From positions 70,866,001 to 70,930,000 of the forward strand of contig NW_026262593.1 of assembly GCF_021869535.1 (NCBI RefSeq): a DNA stretch of 64,000 bases, in the 5' to 3' direction. The DNA is from Mytilus californianus. Taxonomy: Eukaryota. This document shows, one piece after another, positions 13,549 to 26,202 of this stretch (positions within the stretch are counted from its first letter, which is position 1; every line of letters begins with the position of its first letter). A program made the translations under genes and the position numbers. Under the pieces are notes generated by a model that saw only the letters and a list, made by a program, of their open reading frames with translations, was not told the origin of the DNA and searched no databases.

Positions 13549-14570
13549 GTAAGGAGAAAAACAATGAATAAATGTCCTAAACCTTGAAATGTTTTAAAGT
13601 ATCAACAACTAACATTATTTAATGTATTCCAATTAAATATTTAATAACACTAAATCGATGGTACAAATCTGAGACCTACTCTATAGTGTGCAATGTAAGA
13701 ATTATTCCAAGGTCAATTTGGCAAAAGGAAAAACTACAAAATATTGGACACGAGCATGAATTATGGCCAGTCAATTTTCAGAACTGGTGCGAAAATAAAT
13801 CTCAGTACAATTAAAATTACATTATCGTGATCCTTACTCTAGAATTGTATAAAAAATAAGTTTTAGAATATTGGAAATTGCTTTTAGCATAGACTCGCAA
13901 AGAACTTCCATCAACACAAAATTCTCAAAGTAAAAATAAATAGGTCGATTTGACTAATTATCAATGATGGAATTACAATCTTTTGATCTTTTGATCTGAA
14001 CAAACTAGTTAATATCCTTAGATAAGTGCAAGTTAATTCTAAAAAAAATGTATGATAGATAAACAAAATGTTCAAACAAAACATTTGGAAATAACTACAT
14101 CGTACCAAAGAATGTTAGTTGCTACTGAAGAAAGTTCTAAATACTTGATTTGGAAATATGAAAACATACCGTTCTTCATTCTAATACCAGTGGACGTTTT
14201 TCAGAGTAGGTTTTATTTTAGGAAAGTCAATAAAAAAATGTATAAAGTCATAATATATTGCGATGCCCCATAAAAATGTATTCTGATTTAAAAGCAAAAA
14301 GACATCCAGAACAATTAAATGTTGCTTCAAACAACAAATAAGTAAATTAACGATCTTCTAAAGTAACAAAACAATGTTATTTGAATATTTTGTTTTGTGT
14401 AAACACATGTCTTATTTATTTTTTGACGTCAACTTTGTTAGATAATTGTTTCATTTGCAATCGTAGCACGTTAGTTTCATTTTCATAGGAAAATCAAATC
14501 AAACAAAACTCTGCTTATGTTGATATATAGATATTTCTCTGATGACTATATTTCATTCTTCATATTTTAG

Positions 14571-17500
14571 TACAATTCCGTCAGATACTGGATCAGTGGA
14601 AGAAAGATGATGTTAACTTTGTGGAAACTAGAGCTGCAAAACATGTGTTAGAATTTATCAGGAAACACAGTTGTGTAACTATTACTGCTAGTTCTGGTGT
14701 TGGAAAGACAGCAACTCTCCGACATGTTGTTTTGAAAATGATAGGAGACGGTTATGATGCATTACTGGTAACCAATCCACATGAAATTGTTCAGTTTTTT
14801 AATCCAAATCAGAAGACATTGTTTGTTATCGATAACTTTTGTGGAACATATTATATAAACCAGTCTGACCTTAACAACTGGGAACCTGTCATGAGGCGTG
14901 TTGAAGTCATCATTCAAAATAAACTCACAAAAATCATTGTGGCCTGTCGATTACAAGTGTTCAAAGATGAAAGGTTTGAATCTTTATCCATTTTTAAACA
15001 CAGGGTGTGCAACTTGCTATCAGACGACTTATGTTTGTCACAAACTGAAAAACAGTCAATAGCAGAGTTGTATTTGGAAACAAAGTCTTCAGAGATTATT
15101 CAGTATTGCGATTTATATAATTGTTTCCCGCTTCTCTGTAAACTCTATCATGATAATTCTGAACTCAATATTACAGACTTCTTTCGGAATCCGTATTCAG
15201 TATATGAAGCAGAGATGGAACAGTTGATAAAAAAAAAAGCTTTACACAAAATACTGTGTCTTGGCGTTATGTGTCATGTTCAATAATATATTGACAAAGG
15301 AATTATTCATAAGAGAGATAATTACTGAAATAAGAACCATAATAGAGAACACTTGTGAGGCCTGTCGACTAGATAAAGGAACATCAAGGTTGACGTTATT
15401 GGACGAACTTTATTTACTCGAACATACATATTTTAAGAACGAAAAAGGTGTTTACAAAACTGTCCATGACAAACTCTTTGACTTTTTATCTTATTATTTT
15501 GGAAAACAAATGATTGAGTGTTTAATCAAAAATGCTTTGAGTTCATTCATAATGGAACGATTTATATTAGAAGGAGAAACGGACACTGGCCAGTTCATTA
15601 CTATTGTTCCACCTGAATATCATGCAATGTATGTTCAAAGAATGATTTTTGACTGGTTTAATGGGGAGGTAATAAGTGTATTTTGTAACAAAAATATGGA
15701 CAAGCCAGAATTCCGACAGAGATTCCTAGCACATATAAAAACATTTGATATATCATGCCAGAGAAAGTTAGCACACACCTGTAATGTTATTATACAAGAT
15801 ACTGTCCTGTTAAATTGCTGTTTTAAAGGAGATATTCCGTTCATTCAGTGGTGTCTTGATTATAGTGTAAATGTTAACCTGTGTAGGAATGATGGTGTTA
15901 GTCCTTTACTTGTATCTTCACAGAAAGGAAATAAGAAGATTGTGAAGCTTTTATTGGAAAACAAAGCAGACGTAAATAAATGTAATGACGCTGGCATATC
16001 TCCCTTGTGCATTGCTTGTCACAACCATCATGTAGATATAGTTCAACTTTTGCTTGAAAACAATGCAGACATTAATAAGGTTGTGAATGATGGCACATCT
16101 CCCTTCTCTATTGCTTGTCAGAACAATCATGTCGATATAGTAAAGCTTTTACTGGACAATAAGGCAGACATAAATGTTTGTAGGAATGATGAAACAACTC
16201 CATTGTTTGATGCATGTCAGAACAACTATGTCGAAATTGTTAAACTGATACTAGATAACAATGCAGATATCAACAAATGCACGGATGATGGAGTATCACC
16301 CTTGTTAATTGCCTGTCAAAATAATCATATAGATATAGTAAAGTTGTTATTGGAAAACAAGGCAAACACTAATATTTGTGATAGCACCTGAGTATCTCCT
16401 CTATTTATAGCTTGTCAGAATAATCAGTTTGATGTTGTTAAGCTGTTGGTTGAAAACAATGCAGATATAGATAGATGTAAGAATAATAAAGTATCTCCCT
16501 TGTTTATAGCTTGTCAAAATAATCATGTTGGCATAATTAAGTTTTTACTTGACAAAAAAGCAGACATAAATAAATGTGAAGATACAGGAGTATCTCCTCT
16601 GTTTATAGCTTGTCAGAATAATTATGTTGACATAGTCAATATGTTACTTGACAACAAGGCAGACGTTAATCAATTAAGAACTGATAGTGTTTCTCCCCTG
16701 TTCATTGCCTGTTATACAAATAATTTTGAGATAGTAAAAGTTTTACTGCAAAACAAGGCAGACACAAACAAGTGTAGGAATGATGGGACTTCTCCCCTAA
16801 TGATAGCTTGTTACCATGGAAATACAAATATTGTACAGATTTTAATTGACAATAAGGTAGATATTAATAAGTGTGAAGATACTGGAGGATCTCCGCTGTT
16901 TGCTGCCTGTCAGAACAATTTTGTTGACATAATTAAGTTGTTACTGGAAAACAAGGCACACATTAATAAGTCTAGAACTAATGGAGCATCTCCTCTGTTA
17001 ATTGCATGTCAAAAAGGATATGAGAATACAGTACAGCTGTTACTAGACCACAAAGCAGACTCTAAAGGTACGAATAACGAAGCATCGTCTCTGGTTAATT
17101 CATGCAAGAAGATGTTACTGGACAGCGAGGTTGATATCAATAAGTGCGACAATGGTGGATCATCTCCTCTGTTGGTTGCTTGCGAGAAAGGATATACAAA
17201 CATAGTCAAGCTGTTACTTGAAAATAAAACAGATATTAATAAGTGTCGATATAATGGAGTATCTCCTCTGTTTATTGCTTGTCCGAATAATTATTTTGAT
17301 ACAGTAAAACTATTAATAAAAAATGATGCGGACATCGACACGTGTAAAGATACTGGAACATCCCCCTTGTTTATTGCTTGCCAGCAAGGATGTCAAAATG
17401 TGGTACAACTGCTGCTTGAAAATAAAGCTGATATTAATAAGTGTAGGAATAATGGGGCATCTCCCCTGTTTATTGCATGTCAGAACAATCATGCTGATAT

Positions 17501-17654
17501 AGTTAAATTGTTACTTGGCAACAAAGCTGATATTAATAAGTGTATGAATGATTGGGCATCTCCCCTGTTTATTGCCGATCAGAGAAACCATGATGATATA
17601 GTCCAATTGTTACTTAACAACTTGGCAAGCATTGATAAAGGAAGCGGTAATTAA
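14571..17654 (+). CDS. Copy 1 exon 4: nSTAND3-like NTPase, helical region and about 19 ankyrin repeats (interrupted)
   Basis: AG at 14569-14570. Walker A TASSGVGKT, Walker B LFVIDNFCG, KIIVACRLQV, then 33-aa repeats SPLFIACQNNHxDIVKLLLxNKADINKC. Covers ORFs 14621-15286, 15261-16391 and 16446-17654. Confidence 0.92.
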
Positions 17655-18432
17655 GTATAATCCACTTTGATGGATGAAGAAATAATCATATTTTTTTTAA
17701 AAGATCAGATTGGAATTGAAGTACCAGTGATCGCCAAAACAAATTGCCTTTGAGAAAGATAATTTTGCTTTAGTGACTCTTATTTTAAACATTCTAGAGA
17801 TAAGCAGTTTATATAGAACGAGATAGTTACAAAGCAAAGGTACACTTCTGTTGAGAAAAAAAAAAGAACAGTGCAATTCGTTCCTCGTACAATAGTGAAT
17901 TATGTATCAGGGACGTTGCAAGCTCATAGTTTTGATAATAAACCAGTGAAAGTAACCTAATCGAAATGCTATAGTTGCAGAACATATTTTTTTTAGTTTG
18001 AAAACAACATTTGATTCATGCAATCGCTACACGGATAACATTCAAAGGCATGCTTGTCAGACATAATTCACTTGCCTTTGACTTCATAGTATGGTTCAGT
18101 TATCAATATTTGATTATAAAATGAGGATAGACTCTTTCTATGTTTTTTTTAAATGCAATCGAACTTCTAAATCCAAAAATCTATGCGTGCATTTACTATT
18201 TCAAATATATGATTTCTATCAAAGTGGCAAATTTAATTTCTATTATTGCAAAAAATATTGTAAAGGAAATAATGGAAATTATGAATGCTAGTTGCCAACC
18301 AGATACTGACATATTTTCGCATTAATATAAACATTGCAATGACAAATGAATTTACATGTGTTTTTCGCTTATAACATTCTTTGCTGATATCAGCATTCTA
18401 AACTATCACAACAAACATAATTATGTCTACAA

Positions 18433-19669
18433 CAGGCATGGGGTAATGCAAATTTGTAATTGTAATGCATGATAATGCATTACATTTTTCCAAGTAATTG
18501 CATGTAATGTGTAGTGCAGCAATTTTTGCATTACATGTAATTGTGATTTAATGCATTACTTCAGCAAAAAGTTGTGTAATTTCATGCATTACATTGCATT
18601 CCATGGCATTACTTTTTTCACATACTATATATCTTTAACAGATTGTTGGAGATTAAACTAAAGCAGAATTTAAGATGTTTTTATTAAGAACATAATCATT
18701 TAAATATTGATTTTCTATTTTATTTATATTTCACACTTTACATAAATTACTAGAGGAAATTCGGTGATTAAGCCTTGCCCCAGGTAGAACTTGAAAAGAA
18801 AAAAATTAAAGTGGTATAATACTAGAATGACCAAATTACAATTCTAAATGAATAACACAACACTGTGTATCAGATAGAGTTTTTTTTTTAATTATTACAT
18901 TTTATTTTATACATTTTCCTGCATAAAAAGATTGATATTTGAAAAGCATTACTGTGAAAGTGTTCCATTGTTGTCAAAAGATCACATGATTAAAATAACA
19001 GATAATTGAACATTGTCATAAAACACTAATTTGTTTGTTTTACAATCAATCTTTTCACCATTTTGACACTTGGTCATAAATTAAGCTCTTTGTTTATTAT
19101 ATAATCAGGAAAGAAATTCTCAGTAAATATTTTGATTGAAATTTTTAAAAAAATGCATATTTATAAAAGTAAAGTTAACATTAAGTTAAAATAAGTATTA
19201 AACTTCATCTCTGTAATCTCGTTTTTGAGAAAACACAGAGATGTGTACCTTTAAACATTAAAACCAAAGATAGAAGAGCAATCTACTTTGATAGTTTTTG
19301 TAAAACAGTCGGGTAGTCAGAAATATTATTCACCATGAAACCTTCGAAACCCTTATGATATTAAAATGTAATAGTCGTATTGAATAGACTTTTTACATGT
19401 ATACCAAAAATTCAATATATGGAACAGTTACTGCATATGCTAGAATCTTTTGTTACTTCATGTTGTTTTTCAAAATGTTTGATTTTTCTTTTCACTTGAA
19501 AATTTACAAATGTAATTTGTAATTCAATGCATTACTTTGCAAAAGTAATTGTAATATAATGCATTACTTTGATAAATGCATGTAATTGTAATTGTAATTT
19601 AATGCATGGTTTTGTCAAAGTAATTGTAATATAATGAATTACATTGCAATGCAATTCGCCCCATGCCTG
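18433..19669. mobile_element. Non-autonomous hAT-type DNA transposon (1237 bp)
   Basis: Perfect 11-bp TIR CAGGCATGGGG / CCCCATGCCTG. Perfect 8-bp TSD GTCTACAA at 18425-18432 and 19670-19677. Dense GTAAT/ATTAC subterminal repeats at both ends. Confidence 0.92.
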
Positions 19670-20113
19670 GTCTACAATAGTCATTATTCTGCTGTATTTT
19701 AGAAGAAAAAAAAGTATCATATATTCAAATCCTATAAAATCTTTGAAACAAAAAACATATCAATTCATTTGCAGCAACGTTACCGCATTTCTCAAAAAGA
19801 AGCCCGGTGATTTACACGTGAGAGTGAAATTTTAAAGACTTCTCAAGAATTTAACTAATATCGAAAAGCAACTGGTTTTGTAGTTTGTTAGAACCTCTCT
19901 TAACCTTTTCACAAACAAAGCAAACTTGAGAAAACAAGTACACTCTGAGTCTATGGTTTATGTCACAATTCAAGCATTTCTTTAATATGTGAAGGTGAAA
20001 GTTTTTAAAATTGTCACTTACTGTGTATATTATGTATGTCTTAATTGTTGTACTCATATAAAAAAAGTTTATACAAATTCCTAAACGATCATATATCAGA
20101 ATTCATATCTTTG

Positions 20114-20720
20114 AAAAAGAGAGGCGAAATATACCAGAGGGACATTCGAACTCCTAAATCGAAAATAATATGACAACACCATTGCTTAAAAAAGAGACCA
20201 ACAGGCAAACAGAAGTAAATGTAATAAAACACAACATAGAAAGCTAGACTGAGCAACACGAACCCGAACAATAGCTGATCTCGGGTTGTCTGGAAGGGTA
20301 TGCAGATCCTGCTCCACATGTGGCAACCGTTGTGGTTTGATAATGTTAGGACAAACCCGGTTAACAGGCTTATTTAGTAGGTCACATCCGGGAAAAGGGA
20401 ACGGGATTGTAGTTACGACATAAGGTACATATCCGTTATTGTCTGTGAAACGGATATTTCATAACAGTCAACCAACTCATGATGGCTTTCGTAAAACGTA
20501 CAATAGAATGATTTCAACTTCACCACTTGAAACTCTTGGTTTAATAGCTTGCTTGTGAGCAGCAACACTCTATCAACGAAATCATGATAGGAAATACAAG
20601 CCCTGGAATGTTGTATCAACTGGATATATACTCCGTATGCAGGTGCTGCTGGAATGTTGCTACATATAAATGAAGTTCATAATTGGAAAGCTGAAATCAT
20701 CTCTTTTGTCGTTAAGTTTT
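20114..20720 (-). mobile_element. 5'-truncated Penelope-like retroelement fragment (RT C-terminus plus 3' tail)
   Basis: Minus-strand ORF 20413-20619 IQHSRACISYHDFVDRVLLLTSKLLNQEFQ, followed by the same tail as 23605-24192. Confidence 0.75.
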
Positions 20721-22414
20721 GTTAGCAGTCAGTTTCACAATATTGCCTTTAAACGTATGTACATTTGTCATAGTAACAAAGAACACAAAAAAAAATAATT
20801 GATTTTATGATAAAACGAACTATTTATTTTGATAAAATCAAATGAAAGTGTTTTGAAAAGACAATTTTTAATTCTAAAGCAACACCACCTTTATCGGAAC
20901 TAGAGAATGTGATCAAGACGAATGACGGGAATAAAAATTGAATAACGGGGATGAAAAGCAACCTTTTTATAAAGTGTTTCTTCAATTTTGCCTATCACCT
21001 TGAAAATCATCAGCAAAACAAGATCTTCAAATATGTCAAAATTGTCGAAATCATCTCCTGATTTGATTTATTGCCCATCAATCTCTTTTGCGTTTTTGTT
21101 GTATATTTGGAATATAATGATAAAATACATAAGCACTTTAAAATAAAAAAAGCCAGATTGTCAAAATTGTGCGACAACTCCATAATGGAGTTATTCCCAC
21201 TTAATAAAAAAAATATCAATTTTTGATTGACTCGTTTAACCTTATATCTCATATCTATAAAAGCTTCAATAAGTGAAGTGATCAGCAAGAAAAGATATAC
21301 CAAATTATTTGCTTAATAATGAGTTTATTTAAATCGTCAGTCGACCACTTACTGTAATTATTGCTTTTGAATGATGATTTTAATTCTTTTTTTATGTTAT
21401 GCATTTTATCGAGAATCTTTAAAGCAAAAATGATCATCATGAAGATCTACGAATAAGTCAAACGACCTAAAGCGTCACTAAATAAAGTCAACAGTAGTAT
21501 ACCGCTATTTGAAATTCATAAATCGATTGAGAAAAAAACAAATCCGGGTTACAAACTTAAACTGAGGGAAACTAATCAAATATAAGAGGAGAACAACGAC
21601 ACAACAGAAACTCAACACTAAAATGCAACGCACACAGAAACGAACTATAATATAACAATGGCCATTTTCCTGATTTGGTACAGGACATTCTAAGAAAAAA
21701 TGTTGGATTGAACCTGGTCCCTTATTGGAGTTCTTTTATGAAAATATTGATAATAATTTTTACGTTTTTGTCTATTATCTTGAAATTTATGAAAGATAGA
21801 TAAACACTTAGATATGATCAGCAAGGCAAATGATCAGCAAGGAAATATCTATAAATAAGTCAAAACCAAATCGTAAGTAGACCTTTTATAGGAGTGATTG
21901 CTCTAAAATGACGAATTCAACAGTTATTTCGTGTTTTAGGCAAAAATTAAGGAAGATAAAGAGAAATATGAAGAGAAAACAAATGATCAACTAAACAAGA
22001 TCAACAAAAAAGAAGAGTTTTAACAGGAATTCTGTTCTAGTCTTTAATGTTGGAGAGTGTGCATTTTTAAAGATGCATTTAGATTTATATGAGCGAAACA
22101 GGTTGTTTAACGCAACTTGTTAATATGGACGCAATTGTTTTCCCTGTACGTTTTGGAACACCAATTCGCTAATAATCAGGTATCGACAATAACTGAGTTT
22201 TTTACTTTATATATTATTTTGAAAAGGTGGAAACAATGCGAATGTCGGTATATTTATCTAGATTTGTTGTTTAATAGGAAATCAAATGAAAAGTTCACTA
22301 GTTGAAATATCATACGTTTACAAAACCTTTGATATACGTGTTTGAAATGCAAAAGTGTTTATAAAATAGCATTTTTATTTCTTTGAAATCAAACGATAGT
22401 CGAAAGATTCCAAC

Positions 22415-22660
22415 AGGATATTAACACTCATAAGTCCATATAAACTGACAACTCAATGACAAAAATAAACCAAAAGACAAACACCAGTATAGAACATACA
22501 ACATAGAAAAATAAAGACTGAGCAACACTAACTCCTTATAAAAACCGAAGGTGATCTCAGATGACGCCGCTGGAATATTGCTACATAGAAATGGAACGTT
22601 CACAATTGGGAAGATGGAATTATCTCTTTTGTCGTAAAGTTTTGTTCTTAACCGAACCTC
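22415..22660 (-). mobile_element. Internally deleted Penelope-like fragment
   Basis: VPFLCSNIPAAS joined directly to the 3' tail; the intervening RT thumb and tail start seen in the other copies are missing. Confidence 0.65.
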
Positions 22661-23604
22661 ATTGTCAATTTCTAAATATTAGTCAAAATGTGAGACGGAT
22701 TAAACTTTCATTTAAAGTTTGATTAATTAGATGTGTCAACAAAGTCACCAAACTTTGAATTATTTAGTAAGAAAAAATTATGTTTATAGCGGAAAGTGAC
22801 GTTTAAGGATAATGATGGCTTAAATTCATTCTTCCATTTGAAACTCGTGGTTTAAAAACTCTTTCCTCTTTAGCAAACCATCCTGATATCCAAACAATAG
22901 GTTTCAAGTGATGGTTCATAATTTTGAATAAAAGTAAGAAATATTGGCACTAAAAATAAAAGCGAACTAAATTGTGTAGTCATTGTGTTCAAAAGTTACT
23001 GCATTTCTATAATCATGATAATACAATTTATTGGACTATCGTTTGAGTTGCTTTATTTACTGATGAAAGATACCCATATTGAATTTCATTACACAAAAAT
23101 TAAAAAATATAGCTAGTCAACATGAAACGTGTTTTTTTATGAACATATTGACATACAAATATAACATATATGTACCATCTGTTATTAGGACAATTACTTA
23201 TAGAAATTAGTTACTAAGCAACAGGCCAAAACACAAAATGATAAATGAACCATAAAAATCAGGTCAAGGTTCATTGAAATCAGTCAAACAGACATGAACA
23301 CCTCACAAGAATTCCATACACAAACAATAATTAAGAAACCTTAACCTTGATTCACTGGTCAATGAAATGAGTTTAAGGTATAGTTAACGCTGTGTGATGG
23401 ATATGTTGACATTGCAAACCAAATTACCAAATATACCCTATCCTATAACTTATAAGATATAAATCATATTGACAAAAAAAAAAATAAAAAAACACATTTT
23501 TTGTAGCAGTCTCCAATCCATTTTAGATTAAGATGTAAAACAGTTAATAGAGAAAACAATATGACTTACAATATAGTATTAAGAATTTGCCTCTGAAAAC
23601 TTAT

Positions 23605-24192
23605 ATTTCAGCTTCCCAATGGTGAACTTTCCATTTTTATGTAGCAACATTTTAGCAGCGCCTGCGTACGGAATATATATCTCCCAATTGATACGATATT
23701 CCCGGGCTTGTATTTCCTATCATGATTTCCTTGATAGAGGATTACTGCTCACAAGGAAGCTATTAAATCAAGAGTTCCAAATGGTGAAGTTGAAATTATC
23801 CCTTCGTAAATGTTACGGACACCATCACGAGTTGGTTGACCGTTATGGAATAACTGTTTCACAGATGATATCGGATATGTTCCTTATGTCGTAACTGCAA
23901 TACCCTTCCCTTTTCACGAATCTGACCTACCGAATTAGACTATTTACCGGATTTGTAATAACATAAGCAGCACGACAGGTGCCACATGTGGAGCAGGATC
24001 TGCTTACCCTTCCGGAGCACCTGAGATCACCCCCAGTTTTTGGTGGGGTTCGTGTTGCTTAGTCTTTAGTTTTCTATATTGTGTCATCTGTACTTTTATT
24101 TGTCTGTTTGTCTTTTTATTTTTGGCCATGGCGTTGTCAGTTTGTTTTCGATCTGTGAGTTTGACTGTCCCTCTGGTATCTTTCGTCCCTCT
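23605..24192 (+). mobile_element. 5'-truncated Penelope-like retroelement fragment (RT C-terminus plus 3' tail)
   Basis: ORF 23619-23894 VNFPFLCSNILAAPAYGIYISQLIRYSRACISYHDFLDRGLLLTRKLLNQEF resembles the Penelope-like RT C-terminal region (recognition from memory of the family, not a search). Confidence 0.8.
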
Positions 24193-25444
24193 AAAAGGTT
24201 AAATTCTAATCGTCATATGTATTCATTATATTTGGAGTTGCATCTTTAATCTATAATACAAACGGGACGTGTGATATATCATGAAAATGAAATGTGTGAA
24301 CATGCTACAAGAAGAGGGATACGCATATGTAACAAGGGTATACCCTATATTTTACATTACCTATAATACGGTAGTCCTAATATGAAAAAACCTTAAGTTT
24401 GTAAGTATTTCAAGCATAATATATTTCATACATAATACATGATATAGATTTAGTTTAACTCCAATATTTAGTTTAGCGGAGTCATGTGTATTGCAGATAT
24501 CGGTATTGCAAACACTAAATGGTTATAAGTAATTATTTAAAGTGTTAGTTGGACAGTTTCATTAACACATTGGCTAATTTTAGGTAGGTTTTGTTATATA
24601 GATACAATGAATAATCGTTGATTCTTGAAAAAGAAATCATGAGCCCGGAGGTGCATGTACAGCTTCCCATATTAGGTGTAACACCACCATTGATTTTCCC
24701 CTATTAGGCTTTGTTAAATTTGCACTTTTCAAAAAATTGTGCAGAATTTATCTTTGTTTCAAATAAAGAAATACTTGGCATGAGTAAAGTTTTATCCTGT
24801 CTTGTACTATAGAAAAAATTTCACATAACATTTTATTGCATATAAGAAAATAACCATCACTGGAAGTTAACCAATAAAATTTTCCCCCTTTTTTAACCTG
24901 TGTACAAGCTTTAGTAACCATGTAACCTCAAGTTTCCAAAATATTCTATAGAAACCCAAAATAAAAAAATAATGGTGCTTTGAAATACCCAAGATATATG
25001 TTTATGCCCCAGAAATGTTTTACTGCAATGAAATGTAGGATCATTTATCTACAACTGTCAAATTCAAGGGAATATATTTTTTTCGACCTATTTTTGTTTG
25101 CAACCGGATGTGACGTACTATGATTTGGTGGTAATACACCTTAAGCACGTGTTTTACCTTTATTTATTACAAATTATTTTATTACAATGGCTGAATTTGA
25201 AAATGAAGATGTATTGCTTTTGCAAGATGATGAAAATGATGTTGAAACTAATGAGGGCGATGGCTATGATTTTCATATCTTTTTCTTGCAATAACATAGA
25301 CTGTGAGCAATATAAGTTGGAAAATCAATGTAGAATTACTTTAAATTGATTCCGATTATCATTTCATATTTGCATGTGTTCATTTAGTAAATCAAATCAC
25401 AGCAAACAAGGAAGGCTGTATTTGGGAGTTTTTGTAGTTTACAG

Positions 25445-25620
25445 TTTTAATCACCCACACATTTTGGCGGGGTTCGTTTCTCACAATCTTAAGTATTCTA
25501 TATTATGTTTTGTGTACTGTTATTTGTTTGTTGGTCCAATTTTCTTCTAGCCATGGCGTTGTCAGTTTATTTTCGACTAATGAGTTTTAATGTCCATTCT
25601 GTATCTTTCGCCTCTCTTTG
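25445..25620 (+). repeat. 3' tail of the Penelope-like repeat family
   Basis: TTTTGGCGGGGTTCGTTTC...GCCATGGCGTTGTCAGTTTATTTTCGAC...TATCTTTCGCCTCT. Confidence 0.7.
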
Positions 25621-26073
25621 AATACAGACTGACCCACCTACACCGTTTCAATTTTTCGCCAAAAAATTCTCTAATTTAATCTCCGTCTGTGTAGCTTTTA
25701 CATGGTGATTATTTCATTTGGTGGTCATCTCTTCATTGAGTAGTGATGCTATGTTCTATTACGTCGTGTTAAAGACTTTGTTTTGTTTTTCGGAATCTTG
25801 CATCATGTGCACTCATTTACGTTACACAACAAATGCATTGTAATTATTGAAAAATGGTTGACAAAGTAAGATGTTATATATTTTCAAACGAATGGACTGT
25901 TTCTTTCATATGCATGTACATGTAAAGATTAACAAACATATATTACACATGAATCAAATTACATTTTAGGACACAACAAAATTAGAAAAGCATAGAATAT
26001 TTCTTTTTTACATATTGCAGGTCTATGGAATACTCGGAATTCATTTATAGTTATACTTTTATTGGTCAATTGT

Positions 26074-26202
26074 TTAATTTTCACTTTTGTCTTTGGCCCA
26101 TTCCTGTACTTCATCATGAGCTAAACCTTTAAACACTAACGTTCCAAGTATACAGAATGCAGCACATACGTAAAATACATGTCGCCATTCTTCTGAGGTA
26201 TC
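26074..26202 (-). pseudogene. SLC17A: SLC17 paralogue B, terminal coding exon
   Basis: Minus strand: acceptor AG (plus CT 26203-26204), then DTSEEWRHVFYVCAAFCILGTLVFKGLAHDEVQEWAKDKSEN*. Paralogous to 4739-4906. Confidence 0.88.

Larger units (their letters stand above)
9500..17654 (+). pseudogene. HEPN - nSTAND3 NTPase - ankyrin gene, copy 1 (4 exons; about 1215 aa if both lesions are repaired)
   Basis: Exons 9500-9737, 11280-11509, 13452-13548 and 14571-17654 join in frame through GT-AG introns (phases 1, 0, 1). Extra A in the A10 run at 15229-15238 and in-frame TGA at 16389-16391. Could be a near-intact allele if the homopolymer indel is a sequencing error. Confidence 0.9.

Noticed and set aside
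15229-15240. A-AAA-AAG as a programmed -1 ribosomal frameshift site
   Set aside because: Frame arithmetic (codon starts at 14621 and 15261) requires skipping one base (+1), not -1.
9500-17654. Bacterial anti-phage gene by contamination or recent horizontal transfer
   Set aside because: Three canonical GT-AG introns at conserved positions and embedding among animal repeats and SLC17 exons show a resident eukaryotic gene.
24660-25418. Possible Tc1/mariner-like element (TA-CAGCTTCCC...GGAAGGCTG-TA) containing an acidic coding-like stretch
   Set aside because: The terminal match is only 4 bp plus scattered identities, and a TA duplication is uninformative in AT-rich DNA.
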